Shown piece after piece: positions 31,449-32,000 of a stretch of 32,000 nt of DNA. This DNA comes from Trichlorobacter lovleyi SZ (GTDB lineage: Bacteria > Desulfobacterota > Desulfuromonadia > Geobacterales > Pseudopelobacteraceae). A program made the position numbers and the translations under genes. Within the stretch, counting starts at the first letter, position 1; every line of letters begins with the position of its first letter. The DNA is taken from assembly GCF_000020385.1 (NCBI RefSeq), contig NC_010814.1, positions 2,130,001-2,162,000 on the forward strand, read 5' to 3'. The notes under the pieces were generated by a model. It searched no databases. It saw nothing but the letters and a program-made list of their open reading frames with translations, and was not told the origin of the DNA.

Positions 31449-32000
31449 TTATACCGGTGTGCCTGCGTTGGCGATGACTGCCTGCATTGTTGGAGTCAAT
31501 TGTACCACCAGTTCTGCATTTATCGAGTGGGAGGTAGCATCACCCATCGGAACGTGCGCGGTGATCCGTGCCGTGGCAATGGCGTTGCCCCGCGAGGTTG
31601 TTGCCGGAGATGCAGTTGATACTGCAGGATCAACATTGGTGATGATGATTGAGACGGTGTTATTGGTGTTGCGGTAGATCCTGAAGGTGCGGAACTGCTG
31701 TGGAAAATCCCGCAGTGACGAGGTCTCAACCTCCCAGAAACTGCGGGTAGGATCGGTGGGGTGAATCTGCGGCGTAACGGTGTTCATATGGCGGTGCCCG
31801 GCAATCCACATGATCAGGTTCGGATAGCCCTGAAGCACGGATAGCAATGCATCATCATTGACAACGGAATAGACGGGCATTGGGAGAAACAGCGTCATGA
31901 TCTGAGGATTTGTGGCCACTTGGGCAGGATCCGTCACCAGGTCTTTATACACCCTGAACGGTATATGTGCTGCAATGATCATCAGCTGGTTATTGTCCTG
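31449..32000 (-). CDS. Paralogous metallophosphoesterase, C-terminal part only (gene continues beyond the window end)
   Basis: The frame stays open to position 32000 (reads QDNNQLMIIAAHIP...). It aligns with the downstream paralog at NQLMIIA(C/A)HIP, MWIAGHRH(V/M)NTV and SSLRDFPQQFRTF. Confidence 0.8.
   Translation of the reverse strand, partial: QDNNQLMIIAAHIPFRVYKDLVTDPAQVATNPQIMTLFLPMPVYSVVNDDALLSVLQGYPNLIMWIAGHRHMNTVTPQIHPTDPTRSFWEVETSSLRDFPQQFRTFRIYRNTNNTVSIIITNVDPAVSTASPATTSRGNAIATARITAHVPMGDATSHSINAELVVQLTPTMQAVIANAGTPV

Noticed and set aside
31390-31449. 20 extra N-terminal codons of the 719-aa phosphoesterase ORF
   Set aside because: That start abuts the upstream paralog stop and lacks an SD. 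The ATG at 31389 has AAGGGGA upstream and leaves a normal-length Tat signal.

Overview
Chromosomal segment of a Gram-negative bacterium, probably Desulfuromonadales/Geobacter-like. That guess rests on protein sequences and on the recJ-TPR-secF-secD-yajC-tgt-queA-spoIID gene order, and I cannot confirm it without a database search. Contents in order: (i) 29-3764, a large sensor kinase (periplasmic solute-binding domain, four PAS modules) whose receiver domain lies in a different frame behind a C8 tract. (ii) 3803-13364, one long minus-strand housekeeping block: CDF transporter, recJ, TPR protein, secF, secD, yajC, tgt, queA and a SpoIID-domain protein, many with overlapping or abutting stop/start codons. 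(iii) 13489-15431, an orphan DppD/DppF-type ATPase pair. (iv) 15519-16050, a small secreted protein preceded on the minus strand by what I read as a GEMM-I-type cyclic-dinucleotide riboswitch with an overlapping intrinsic terminator. (v) 16341-21388, a second full-length tgt paralog translationally coupled to an unknown secreted helical protein, followed by eno and pgi. (vi) 21485-27787, a four-gene minus-strand operon: NMT1-like binding protein, Cache-HAMP-PP2C phosphatase, lipoprotein SBD-permease fusion with a permuted binding-domain layout, and an ABC ATPase with an extra C-terminal domain. This is the most unusual protein-level system in the window. (vii) 28001-32000, a PreA-like flavoprotein-ferredoxin and two tandem Tat-type large metallophosphoesterase paralogs, the second cut off by the window end. 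I recognised no rRNA, tRNA, CRISPR array, transposase or integrase. All homology calls come from motif recognition by eye, not from searches.
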